Positions 38,366-48,020 of a DNA stretch of 64,000 nt are shown here, in pieces (position 1 is the first letter of the stretch; each line of letters opens with the position of its first letter). The translations under genes were made by a program, and so were the position numbers. A model generated the notes under the pieces. It ran no database searches, was not told where the DNA came from, and saw nothing but the letters and a program-made list of their open reading frames with translations. The stretch covers positions 3,833-67,832 of the forward strand of contig JAAYGY010000012.1 of the NCBI GenBank assembly GCA_012735575.1, given 5' to 3'. Source of the DNA: Clostridiales bacterium. GTDB taxonomy: Bacteria; Bacillota; Clostridia; Caldicoprobacterales; UBA3941.

Positions 38366-39724
38366 ATGAGTAGAAAACCTAATATCATATTCTTTTTCTC
38401 AGACCAGCAACGTTGGGATACAGTGGGCTGTTATGGTCAAAAACTGGATATTACCCCTAATCTTGATAAAATGGCTGAAGAGGGTGTACGTTTTGAATAT
38501 GCTTTTACCTGCCAGCCGGTATGCGGCCCAGCAAGGTCATGTATTCAAACAGGAAAATATGCGACAGAAACAGGATGTTTCACTAATGGTATAGCTTTGC
38601 CCCAGGATGAAAAGACCATTGCTCATTGGTTTTCTGAAGCAGGATATGAAGTAGGCTATATTGGTAAATGGCATCTAGCTTCTACTACAGGAAAAACTGA
38701 TTATACAACCAGCCCCATACCTATGGAACTAAGGGGAGGCTGGAAGGATTATTGGCTAGCTTCAGATGTATTGGAATTTACATCTCATGGTTATGATGGC
38801 CACATGTTTGATGGTGATATGAACAAAGTTGAGTTTAAGGGGTATAGGGCTGACTGTATGACCGATTTTGCTCTTGAGTATTTGAGAAAACGTCAATCGG
38901 GGGAAATAGGAGACCCAAATAAACCTTTCGTCCTATTTTTATCATATATCGAGCCCCATCATCAGAATGATCGCAATCGGTATGAGGGTCCGGAAGGTTC
39001 TGAGGAGATGTTCAAGGATTATGAAGTGCCTGAGGACTTAAAGGGTACTAAGGGAGATTGGGAAGAGAATTATCCCGATTATCTTGGTTGCTGTTGGAGT
39101 TTAGACTATAATTTGGGAAGAATCAGGGAAGAGTTAGAGAAACTTAATCTAACTGATAGTACTACAATTTTCTATACAAGTGATCACGGATCTCATTTTC
39201 GTACCCGAAATGATGAATATAAACGATCATGCCATGATAATGCTATCCGCATACCCATGATTGCCTATGGACCTGGGTTTAAAGGAGGAAAGGTTATCAC
39301 AGAGTTAGTAAGCTTAATAGATGTTCCTCCTACCCTATTGGCTTGTGCAGGGATTGAGCCACCCGAATACATGAAGGGCAGAACTTTGCAACAATTAGTA
39401 GAAGGCAATTCTGAGAACTGGCCCCAAGAAGTATTTTTGCAGATTAGTGAAAGTCAAGTTGGTAGAGCAATAAGAACAAAAAAGTGGAAATACTCAATAA
39501 GAGCTATTGATAAGAATCCATGGAAGGATATGGATAGTGATGTGTATGTAGAGGATTTCCTCTATGACTTGGAAGAAGATCCTTACGAAAAGAACAATTT
39601 AGTTTCTGAACCACGTTATGCAGCAGTGAGAAAGGAACTGGCTGAAAGGCTAAAAAAGAGAATGAAACAAGCAGGTGAAGATATACCTGAAATCATATGC
39701 AGTCAAGATAATCCAAAGAACTAG
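38366..39724 (+). CDS. Sulfatase (S1 family, Cys-type formylglycine site), no signal peptide
   Basis: N-terminus IIFFFSDQQRWD. FGly motif C-G-P-A-R in CQPVCGPARSCIQTGKY. GKWHL; SDHG. Confidence 0.9.
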   Translation: MSRKPNIIFFFSDQQRWDTVGCYGQKLDITPNLDKMAEEGVRFEYAFTCQPVCGPARSCIQTGKYATETGCFTNGIALPQDEKTIAHWFSEAGYEVGYIGKWHLASTTGKTDYTTSPIPMELRGGWKDYWLASDVLEFTSHGYDGHMFDGDMNKVEFKGYRADCMTDFALEYLRKRQSGEIGDPNKPFVLFLSYIEPHHQNDRNRYEGPEGSEEMFKDYEVPEDLKGTKGDWEENYPDYLGCCWSLDYNLGRIREELEKLNLTDSTTIFYTSDHGSHFRTRNDEYKRSCHDNAIRIPMIAYGPGFKGGKVITELVSLIDVPPTLLACAGIEPPEYMKGRTLQQLVEGNSENWPQEVFLQISESQVGRAIRTKKWKYSIRAIDKNPWKDMDSDVYVEDFLYDLEEDPYEKNNLVSEPRYAAVRKELAERLKKRMKQAGEDIPEIICSQDNPKN

Positions 39725-39886
39725 TCTAATCATGGTTATGCCTTCTTCCCTTGATGGATACTAAGGTTTTGTAGTATACTAGAAATACCTTACCCTCTAA
39801 ATGAAGAGTAAAATAAGAAGAATAGTGTAACAGGAAGACCATATGTTTTTTGGTATCCTAAAATCAAAATTAAAAAAATAAGTATA

Positions 39887-39920
39887 TTTTAGCATAGGCA
39901 TTTATATGCCTATGCTAAAA
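39887..39920. promoter_or_regulatory. 15-bp perfect palindrome immediately upstream of the second sulfatase RBS
   Basis: TTTTAGCATAGGCAT-ttat-ATGCCTATGCTAAAA. It ends 13 nt before the AGGAGG RBS of the gene starting at 39947. Confidence 0.5.
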
Positions 39921-39946
39921 ACTTAATTTAGTCAGGAGGCATAAAA

Positions 39947-41365
39947 ATGGACAGACCTAATATTCTTTTTATCATGTCTGATGACCATGCATCACAAGCA
40001 ATTAGCAGTTACTCAGGAAGGATAAACCAGACCCCAAATATCGATAGAATTTGGAAAGAAGGTGCTCGATTAGATAACTGCTTTTGTACAAATTCAATAT
40101 GTTCACCTAGCCGAGCAGTAATTCTTACAGGTAAATATAGCCATTTAAATGGTGTCAAGACATTGTTTGATGAATTTGATGGCAGGCAATCTCATGTAGC
40201 CAAACTATTGCAGCAAAGTGGCTATCAAACCTCAATAATTGGTAAGTGGCATCTTGGGCATGGTGGTAACAGCGATCCTACAGGTTTTGATTATTGGTGT
40301 GTATTGCCCGGTCAAGGCGATTACCATAATCCTACATTTTATGATATGGGTCAGAAAAAACAGTATACAGGATATGTAACAGATATTATAACTGATATGT
40401 CTATAGATTGGTTGGAGAGTCGTGATAAGGAGCGTCCCTTCTTTTTAATGTGTCATCATAAAGCACCCCACAGACCCTGGGAGCCTTCAGATAAGTATAA
40501 GGATTTATATGAAGATATAGACATCCCTGAGCCGGAAACCTTGTTTGATGATTATGATACTAGAAGTGATGCTGCTAGATTGGCTGAGATGAGGATTAGT
40601 GATCATTTAACCAAGACAGATGTTAAGCAAGACCCTCCCTCTCATTTAGAAGGTCAAGAGCTAACCAGATGGTATTACCAGAGATATATAAAGGATTATT
40701 TACGCTGTATTGCATCTATTGATGAGAGTGTGGGCAGGCTGCTTGACTATTTAGATGATGAGGGCATTGCAGATAATACTATTGTCATTTATACTTCTGA
40801 CCAAGGATTTTTCCTAGGTGAACATGGGTGGTATGATAAACGGTTTATGTACGAAGAATCCTTGCGTATGCCTTTCCTGGTACGTTATCCTAAAGGAATA
40901 ACTCCGGGCACCATTATAAAAGATATGGTAGTTAATACTGATTTTGCACCTACATTCTTGGATTACGCAGGAGTAGACATTCCTGATGATATGCAAGGCT
41001 ATAGTTTGCGACCTATATTTGAAGGTGCAAAAGTGGAGGGCTGGAGGCAGTCCATGTATTATAGATACTGGATGGATCAGGATGATCACTGTGTAGCAGC
41101 ACATTATGGAATTAGAACTCATAGATATAAACTCATCTGCTACTATGCACCTGGTCGTTACTACAATGGAGAATATCCTGAGGGTACGGAAGAGACTACA
41201 TGGCCACAGTGGGAGTTATTTGATCTTCAAAATGATAAATATGAGCTAAAAAATGTCTATGATGATCCAGATTATGCTGATGTAGTAAAAGAATTAAAGA
41301 ATGAGTTAGCCAGGTTGCGAAAAGAACTCAAGGATGATAAAGATGAAAGGCATGAGCTTAGCTAG
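39947..41365 (+). CDS. Sulfatase (S1 family, Cys-type), no signal peptide
   Basis: ILFIMSDDHA; FGly motif CSPSRAVILTGKY; GKWHLG; TSDQG. Confidence 0.9.
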   Translation: MDRPNILFIMSDDHASQAISSYSGRINQTPNIDRIWKEGARLDNCFCTNSICSPSRAVILTGKYSHLNGVKTLFDEFDGRQSHVAKLLQQSGYQTSIIGKWHLGHGGNSDPTGFDYWCVLPGQGDYHNPTFYDMGQKKQYTGYVTDIITDMSIDWLESRDKERPFFLMCHHKAPHRPWEPSDKYKDLYEDIDIPEPETLFDDYDTRSDAARLAEMRISDHLTKTDVKQDPPSHLEGQELTRWYYQRYIKDYLRCIASIDESVGRLLDYLDDEGIADNTIVIYTSDQGFFLGEHGWYDKRFMYEESLRMPFLVRYPKGITPGTIIKDMVVNTDFAPTFLDYAGVDIPDDMQGYSLRPIFEGAKVEGWRQSMYYRYWMDQDDHCVAAHYGIRTHRYKLICYYAPGRYYNGEYPEGTEETTWPQWELFDLQNDKYELKNVYDDPDYADVVKELKNELARLRKELKDDKDERHELS

Positions 41366-41396
41366 TATTATATTCTTATCAAAATTTTGCAAATAG

Positions 41397-41422
41397 AGGA
41401 AGGGTGTTATAGATCCCTTCCT
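41397..41422 (+). terminator. Probable terminator after the second sulfatase gene
   Basis: Stem AGGAAGGG/CCCTTCCT with a 10-nt loop, followed by a T-rich tail. Confidence 0.6.
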
Positions 41423-41509
41423 TTATATAAATCATCCTTCCTTTTTATTATTTATATAGTTTATTTCCTGTGAGTTTTTTTATGAAGTGGCATTGGGGGA
41501 TAAGGTGTT

Positions 41510-42766
41510 TTGAAAGTTGATAAAGCAAAGTCTACTCAAAATAAGGTTTTTATCCTTTGCTGGATTGCTTATGCCAGCGCCTATTTATGTAGGGTCAATT
41601 TATCTGTTGCCATACCCAGCATACAACAGTATTTTAGCTGGAGCAAAACCAGTCTGGGGCTTGTAGGTAGTTCCTTCTTTTGGATATATGGGATAGGTCA
41701 ATTAATAAATGGATATTTGGGTGATAGAGTTTCTGGTAGAACCTTTATATTTATTGGTTTAATGGCATCTGCTATAACCAATATAATCTTTGGTTTTACT
41801 CCCATTGCTATGGGCATGATAATCCTATGGGCGATTAATGGTTACTTTCAGTCAATGCTTTGGGGTCCTATTATAAAAATTCTTACTAAATGGTTTCCTA
41901 AAGAGCAAAATACAAGAGTCTCAGTAGGTATATCCACTTCAATGATAGGAGGCTACTTATTGTCCTGGAGCTTTTCATACCAATTTCTTAAATATGCTAG
42001 CTGGTATTGGGTATTTATTGTACCTGGGATTATTGTGTTATTTTACGCTTTTGTTTGGTTCTTTATCATGAAAAGAGAACCTTACTGTTTGATTGATGGA
42101 TTAAACTTTAATACTAGTATAGAAAAAGAGTTAGTGCATAAGCATGATGAGAAAGGGTTAACGCTATCAAAGTTTATTAGAAAAAATAAGCTTTGGACTG
42201 TTGCAATTGCTTGTATTGCACAAGGAATTATAAAAGAGGGAATTAGTCTTTGGGGACCTGCTTTTTTGATGGAGAAGCATCATAGTGATACGTTTTCTTC
42301 TATAAGCTCCATACTTCTAATTCCTTTTATGAATTTAGGTGGAATATTGTTCTCCGGCTGGCTCAATAAGAAATTTGCTTATAATCACAAATGGACCATT
42401 ATGGCGCTGTTCAGTGCATCTATCCTTCCAATTTTTGGCCTCCTATTATTTGTAAACCATAGCATGCCAGTAGGTGGTTTGCTATTAGGAACTTGCTCAG
42501 CGCTCATGTATGGTGCAAACACTCTTCTCTTAAGTGTTATCCCTATGGATTATGCAAAGTATAATAAAACCTCCACTGTAGCAGGTTTTTTGAATTTTTC
42601 ATGCTACATGGGGGCTGGAATATCAGGAGTTCTGATTGGAGCCATTTCAGATTATTGGGGATGGAATGGGATTTTGATCATATGGATTTTAATGGCTGTT
42701 TTAGGGGTTATTATGATTCTACATTCTTCTTTAAGTAATCTCGCAAGAGAAAAAGTATATGATTAA
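41510..42766 (+). CDS. MFS transporter resembling the organophosphate:Pi antiporter (OPA; GlpT/UhpC) family
   Basis: 12-TM profile. N-terminal WIAYASAYLCRVNLSVAIP matches the GlpT/UhpC-type start. TTG start; its position is uncertain by a few codons. Confidence 0.75.
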   Translation: MKVDKAKSTQNKVFILCWIAYASAYLCRVNLSVAIPSIQQYFSWSKTSLGLVGSSFFWIYGIGQLINGYLGDRVSGRTFIFIGLMASAITNIIFGFTPIAMGMIILWAINGYFQSMLWGPIIKILTKWFPKEQNTRVSVGISTSMIGGYLLSWSFSYQFLKYASWYWVFIVPGIIVLFYAFVWFFIMKREPYCLIDGLNFNTSIEKELVHKHDEKGLTLSKFIRKNKLWTVAIACIAQGIIKEGISLWGPAFLMEKHHSDTFSSISSILLIPFMNLGGILFSGWLNKKFAYNHKWTIMALFSASILPIFGLLLFVNHSMPVGGLLLGTCSALMYGANTLLLSVIPMDYAKYNKTSTVAGFLNFSCYMGAGISGVLIGAISDYWGWNGILIIWILMAVLGVIMILHSSLSNLAREKVYD

Positions 42767-42774
42767 GGAGTGAT

Positions 42775-44250
42775 ATGGTGTCAAACAATAAGCAGCCTAA
42801 TGTAATTATTGTCTATGCTGATGACCTGGGCTATGGAGACTTGTCATGTTATGGGGGAGTAGGAGTTAAAACTCCAAACATAGACAGACTATTAGAAAAT
42901 GGTACAAAGTTTACAGATGGATATTCTACATCGGCAGTATGTACCCCTGCAAGATATAGTGTTCTTACAGGAGAATATCCTTTTAGAAACCCGAGGACAT
43001 ATATCCTACCAGGAGATGCTCCTTGTATTATAAGCAAAGAGAAACTAACTTTACCAAAGATTTTTAAAAAAGCAGGCTACAATACTGCCATAGTTGGGAA
43101 ATGGCATCTGGGTTTAGGAGAAGGGAATTTAGATTGGAATCAAGATATTACCCATACTCCAAATGACATTGGTTTTGATTATTCCTTTATTTTTCCAGCC
43201 ACAAATGATCGGGTTCCCTGTGTTTACATAAGAAATAGGAGAGTAGCTAATCTTGATCCCAATGATCCCATAGAGGTTTCATACGCAGATGAATGTCCCT
43301 ATGATGACATACCAACTTCAACTAATAATCCAGAACTTTTGAGAATGAAACACAGTCATGGGCATGATCAAAGTATTATCAACGGGATTGGCAGAATTGG
43401 ATATATGCGCGGTGGTAAAAAAGCTCTCTGGAGAGACGAGGATTTAGCAGAGACATTTTTAAATGAGGTCAAAAGTTTTATAACAGAAAACAATAATAAT
43501 CCTTTTTTTGTATTCTATGCTCTGCATCAACCACATGTACCAAGAGTACCAAATCCAAGATTTGTGGGTGCAAGTGGACTTGGACCTCGAGGAGATGTTA
43601 TTGTTGAAATGGACTGGTGTGTTGGTGAACTCATAGACCATCTTGAAAGAGAAGGTCTCTTAGAGGATACAATCATTATTTTTTCTAGTGATAACGGACC
43701 TGTTCTAGATGATGGTTATCACGATGATGCACAAAGACTTAATAAAATGTGTATGCACAAGCCTGCCGGACCATTACGTGGTGGCAAATACAGTAAATTT
43801 GATGGTGGTACCAGGGTTCCTTTTATTGTATCCTGGGTTTCACATATCAAACCACAAACGTCTTCGGCACTTGTAAGTCAGGTAGATTTTATGGCTTCAT
43901 TTGCATCAATGCTTGATGTTGATTTAGAGGATGGGGCTCCTGATAGTCTAGATATGATGGATGTTTTACTGGGAGAATCCCACATAGGCAGGACTGAAAT
44001 TTTAGGAGAAGCTGCTAATAAAAGTCATTTCTTAAGAAATGGTAAGTGGACATATTTACAGCCCAAGGAAGGCCCAGCTGTAAACTATTATACTGATATT
44101 GAGTTAGGTTCATCCCTTGATCCGCAGCTTTACAATATGGAATATGATATAGGGCAGCGTGAAAATGTTGCACAACTACATATGGATATTGTAGAAAAGA
44201 TGGATAAGCGCATTGAGGAAATTAAGGCAGGAAATTATACAAGAAAATAA
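42775..44250 (+). CDS. Sulfatase (S1 family, arylsulfatase-A-like, Cys-type), no signal peptide
   Basis: IVYADDLGYGDLSCYG; FGly motif CTPARYSVLTGEY; GKWHLG; SSDNGP. Confidence 0.9.
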   Translation: MVSNNKQPNVIIVYADDLGYGDLSCYGGVGVKTPNIDRLLENGTKFTDGYSTSAVCTPARYSVLTGEYPFRNPRTYILPGDAPCIISKEKLTLPKIFKKAGYNTAIVGKWHLGLGEGNLDWNQDITHTPNDIGFDYSFIFPATNDRVPCVYIRNRRVANLDPNDPIEVSYADECPYDDIPTSTNNPELLRMKHSHGHDQSIINGIGRIGYMRGGKKALWRDEDLAETFLNEVKSFITENNNNPFFVFYALHQPHVPRVPNPRFVGASGLGPRGDVIVEMDWCVGELIDHLEREGLLEDTIIIFSSDNGPVLDDGYHDDAQRLNKMCMHKPAGPLRGGKYSKFDGGTRVPFIVSWVSHIKPQTSSALVSQVDFMASFASMLDVDLEDGAPDSLDMMDVLLGESHIGRTEILGEAANKSHFLRNGKWTYLQPKEGPAVNYYTDIELGSSLDPQLYNMEYDIGQRENVAQLHMDIVEKMDKRIEEIKAGNYTRK

Positions 44251-44257
44251 GTCTATT

Positions 44258-44298
44258 AATTAGTTCGGATATGGTTTAGCTCCATATCCGAACTAATT
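44258..44298. terminator. Bidirectional terminator between convergent genes
   Basis: 17-bp perfect stem AATTAGTTCGGATATGG/CCATATCCGAACTAATT with a 7-nt loop. Confidence 0.8.
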
Positions 44299-44331
44299 AT
44301 CTATTACAAATTTAAAATTCACTTGTTATTC

Positions 44332-45885
44332 TCAGGTCATCTTTATAAGCTCGAACTCTTGCTGAATTTCTTTGGATCCTTCAGGAGTCAGGTATGATGT
44401 TATGATTATGACGATGCAAGATAGAAGAAATGCAGGTAGCAGTTCATAAATGTCAAATATACCACCTAAAGGTCGAATTAGTAAATTCCATACAAATACC
44501 ATACAGCCTCCTGAGATCATGCCTGTTATTGCAGCAATCCTAGTAACTCTTTTCCAAAATAAGGAGAAAAGTATGATGGGGCCAAATGTAGCACCAAAGC
44601 CTGCCCAGGCAAAGGAAACCACCTTAAATATAACACTATTCTCATCCAAGGCTATTATAATAGCAACCAGTGCAACTATAAGGAGAGTGATTCTAGAAAC
44701 AATTAAAACCTGCTTATCTGTAGCTTCTTTTTTAATTATTCCTTGATAAATATTTTTTGAAAGCGCAGAAGCAGCTATTAACAAATAAGAATCTGAAGAA
44801 CTGATTGTTGCAGCAAGAATGCCAGCCATGACTATACCAGCTATAAAAGGAACAAAAAAGTCCATAGACATAATAACAAAAATATTTTCTGCTTGGCTTT
44901 GAGTAAGGAGCTCAGCGGGAAAAAGCACACGGCCTATAATTCCAATGCCAACAGCCGCTGTTAGCGATATTATAACCCAAACAACTGCAATTCTTCTAGA
45001 CATAGTCAACTCATCAGGTTTATTAATTGCCATAAATTTTAACAATACGTGAGGCATACCAAAATATCCTAGCCCCCAGGACAAAGTAGAGATTATGGAC
45101 AATAATCCATAAGGAATAGGGTCATCAAACAAGGCTTGCCCATTTGGGCCGATCTGTTGTATACCATCAACAACCTGAGGCTGAGCCATACCAAAAAAAT
45201 CTATAAAACCTGGGATCGATTCTGCATTTGCTATGATCGCGCTTATGCCTCCAGCATGGGATATACCAAAAACTAGTACTGCCGTAAGAGCAAAAATCAT
45301 AACAACACCCTGCAGAAAGTCCGATGCACTTTCTGCCAAAAAACCTCCTACAAAAGTGTAAAGAACAACAAATACAGCACCAGCAATCATCATATAAATA
45401 TATTTTGTACCAAATAGTTTGCTAAATAATTTTCCTACAGTTACAAAACAGCTGGCAGCATAAACAGTGAAGAATACAAGAATAAATAGGGCCGCAATTG
45501 TTAGAATAATCTTTTTCTCTTCTTTGAAACGGTTGCTAAGAAAGTCTGGTATAGTAATAGCATTTCCAGCAATATGTGAATAAATACGCAGTCTTTTTGC
45601 TACTAATAGCCAGTTTAAATATGTGCCTATGGCTAGACCGATAGCGGTCCATATTGCGTCGCTTAAACCACACCAGTAAGCCAGACCAGGCAATCCCATT
45701 AATAACCAACCACTCATATCTGATGCCTCTGCTGCCATAGCAGTTACCCAAGGACCCAAGGATCTACCGCCTATAAGATAATTATCGCTACTTTCACTAG
45801 CACGCTTTACATAGAATACACCAATTCCTATTACTATGGTGATATAAAGTGTCATGGCTATGGAAACTTGTATGTTTGCCTCCAT
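44332..45885 (-). CDS. putP: Sodium:proline symporter (SSS family)
   Basis: 517 aa. N-terminal region YLIGGRSLGPWVTAMAAEASDMSGWLLMGLPG is typical of PutP. GGGAGG RBS. Confidence 0.85.
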   Translation of the reverse strand: MEANIQVSIAMTLYITIVIGIGVFYVKRASESSDNYLIGGRSLGPWVTAMAAEASDMSGWLLMGLPGLAYWCGLSDAIWTAIGLAIGTYLNWLLVAKRLRIYSHIAGNAITIPDFLSNRFKEEKKIILTIAALFILVFFTVYAASCFVTVGKLFSKLFGTKYIYMMIAGAVFVVLYTFVGGFLAESASDFLQGVVMIFALTAVLVFGISHAGGISAIIANAESIPGFIDFFGMAQPQVVDGIQQIGPNGQALFDDPIPYGLLSIISTLSWGLGYFGMPHVLLKFMAINKPDELTMSRRIAVVWVIISLTAAVGIGIIGRVLFPAELLTQSQAENIFVIMSMDFFVPFIAGIVMAGILAATISSSDSYLLIAASALSKNIYQGIIKKEATDKQVLIVSRITLLIVALVAIIIALDENSVIFKVVSFAWAGFGATFGPIILFSLFWKRVTRIAAITGMISGGCMVFVWNLLIRPLGGIFDIYELLPAFLLSCIVIIITSYLTPEGSKEIQQEFELIKMT

Positions 45886-46067
45886 TATTCAACCTCCCAA
45901 TAACATTCTAATAAACAATACATAATAAATTTACATGAGGAGTAATATCAACACCATGAAGCTGTATATTACTATTTTAATGAAAATTAGTAATGATGTA
46001 CAGATTAAATTAGATTAAATTGCATATTTTAGAAAAGGAAGAATTTATAAGCAAATGGAGGTATATA

Positions 46068-47120
46068 ATGACAATATCATTTCAGAGCTTTTTCTATGAG
46101 TTTGTTACAAATCCTTCAATATTTATAATAACTCTATTAACAATGGGAGTAATTATGGTAAATGGTTGGACAGATGCACCAAATGCAATAGCAACCTGTA
46201 TTTCAACCAGGTCAATAAACCCTAGGGGTGCTATAGTTTTGGCGGCTATTTTTAATTTTTTAGGCGTTTTAATCATGACTATGATTAATTCAACAGTAGT
46301 GCATACAATTTATAATATGGTTGATTTTAGAGGAAATACCCATGATTCTTTAGTGGCACTTGCCGCTGCCTTGTTAGCAATTGTGTTATGGGCAACTTTA
46401 GCTTGGGCATTTGGAATACCTACTAGTGAAAGCCATGCCTTGATAGCTGGACTCTCAGGTGCTGCCATAGCTTTACAAGGTGGAATGTCTGGTATAAATA
46501 GGAATGAATGGATAAAAGTCATATATGGATTATTAATATCAACTTTTTTAGGGTTTGGAATGGGATTTGTGATGGTGCGTTGGATTGAATTATTATTCAA
46601 AAGGACTGATAGACGTGGAATAATATCTTTTTTCCATAAAGCACAGATAGTTGCGGCAGCGGCTATGGCCTTTATGCATGGCGCACAGGATGGACAAAAA
46701 TTTATGAGCGTTTTTATGTTAGGAATTTTCCTGACTAAGGGACAGGATGAGGTTACTAGTTTTGTAATCCCAGTATGGCTGATGTTACTTTGTTCTATGG
46801 TAATGGCCCTGGGTACTTCTATTGGCGGTTACCGCATAATTAAAACAGTGGGGATAAGAATGGTTAAACTGAAAACCTACCAAGGCTTTTCAGCAGATAT
46901 GGCTGGTGCCGTTAGCTTGTTAATTGCCTCATTATTTGGTATACCTGTTAGCACAACTCATACAAAGACCACAGCTATTATGGGTGTAGGTGCATCAAAA
47001 AGCTTATCATCTGTAAATTGGTATGTAGTTAGGGAAATGGTTGTAGCTTGGATATTAACCTTTCCCGGTTGTAGTACTATTGGATATATAATGGTTTTAA
47101 TATTAATGGAAATATTTTAA
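46068..47120 (+). CDS. Inorganic phosphate transporter, PiT family
   Basis: Start moved to ATG 46068 (GGAGG RBS). PHO4 repeats GWTDAPNAIAT and GAQDGQKFM. Confidence 0.85.
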   Translation: MTISFQSFFYEFVTNPSIFIITLLTMGVIMVNGWTDAPNAIATCISTRSINPRGAIVLAAIFNFLGVLIMTMINSTVVHTIYNMVDFRGNTHDSLVALAAALLAIVLWATLAWAFGIPTSESHALIAGLSGAAIALQGGMSGINRNEWIKVIYGLLISTFLGFGMGFVMVRWIELLFKRTDRRGIISFFHKAQIVAAAAMAFMHGAQDGQKFMSVFMLGIFLTKGQDEVTSFVIPVWLMLLCSMVMALGTSIGGYRIIKTVGIRMVKLKTYQGFSADMAGAVSLLIASLFGIPVSTTHTKTTAIMGVGASKSLSSVNWYVVREMVVAWILTFPGCSTIGYIMVLILMEIF

Positions 47121-47129
47121 TAGGGGAGG

Positions 47130-47765
47130 GTGGCTTTGTTTACTAGAAAGGATGGCGCTTTTAATTATTTTAAAGCATTTATCGATTTATCAGATTATTC
47201 ATTAAAAGCGGCAAATCTGCTAGTGGATACGCTATCACAATTTAATAGGCAGAAATTAGACTACAAAATTAGGAAGATGCAGGATATTGAGCATGCTGCA
47301 GATCTGGCTAAGCATAGCTTGATAAATAAACTTGTAAAAGAATTCTTGCCTCCTATTGAAAGAGAAGATATTTTAATTCTTTCTGAAAAGATAGATGATG
47401 TGACTGATACTATTGAAAGTGTTTTGCTAAATATAGGTGTGTTTAATGTCCAGTCAATTCCAAAGGAGTTATTAAAATTTTCCAAAGTTATTTTTGAATG
47501 CTGTAAATCCATGAGATTAGCGTTAATAGAATTCGAAAATTATAGAAAGTCCAAAAAACTTGATAGAATAATAATCGAGATTAATACCAAGAAAGAAACT
47601 GCAGATAGGCTTTATATGAATGAAATGAAAAAACTTTATATGTTCACAGCTAATCCCATTAAATTAATGATATGGAAGGATCTGCTTCAAAGCATGAGAA
47701 AATGCTGTATTGCCTGTGAAGATGTAGCAAATACTATACAAATTATTGTAATGAAAAGTTTATAA
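47130..47765 (+). CDS. DUF47 (PhoU-like) phosphate-transport accessory protein
   Basis: ~210 aa helical protein adjacent to the PiT gene. The likely true start is TTG 47136, 6 nt after the GGGGAGG RBS. Confidence 0.8.
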   Translation: MALFTRKDGAFNYFKAFIDLSDYSLKAANLLVDTLSQFNRQKLDYKIRKMQDIEHAADLAKHSLINKLVKEFLPPIEREDILILSEKIDDVTDTIESVLLNIGVFNVQSIPKELLKFSKVIFECCKSMRLALIEFENYRKSKKLDRIIIEINTKKETADRLYMNEMKKLYMFTANPIKLMIWKDLLQSMRKCCIACEDVANTIQIIVMKSL

Positions 47766-48020
47766 TATTCATATGGGAATCTATAAAATTATGTTAGTAT
47801 TTGTTTAAATAGTTTATCAAGAAATTAACTAAATCTATGATTATGCTTTATAAATAAACGTTTTGTTAATTATAATTTAGAATGTCTGTAAATGGGAAAT
47901 AGTAGCACCTTGAATGGTAGTTAAAGTTAGTACTTGTTTTTCTAGTTCAAAGTACTATAATTTTCATGCATTGTTTATAAATTAACGATAACTAGGAAGA
48001 TAGGAAAGGAGAACAGCTAC

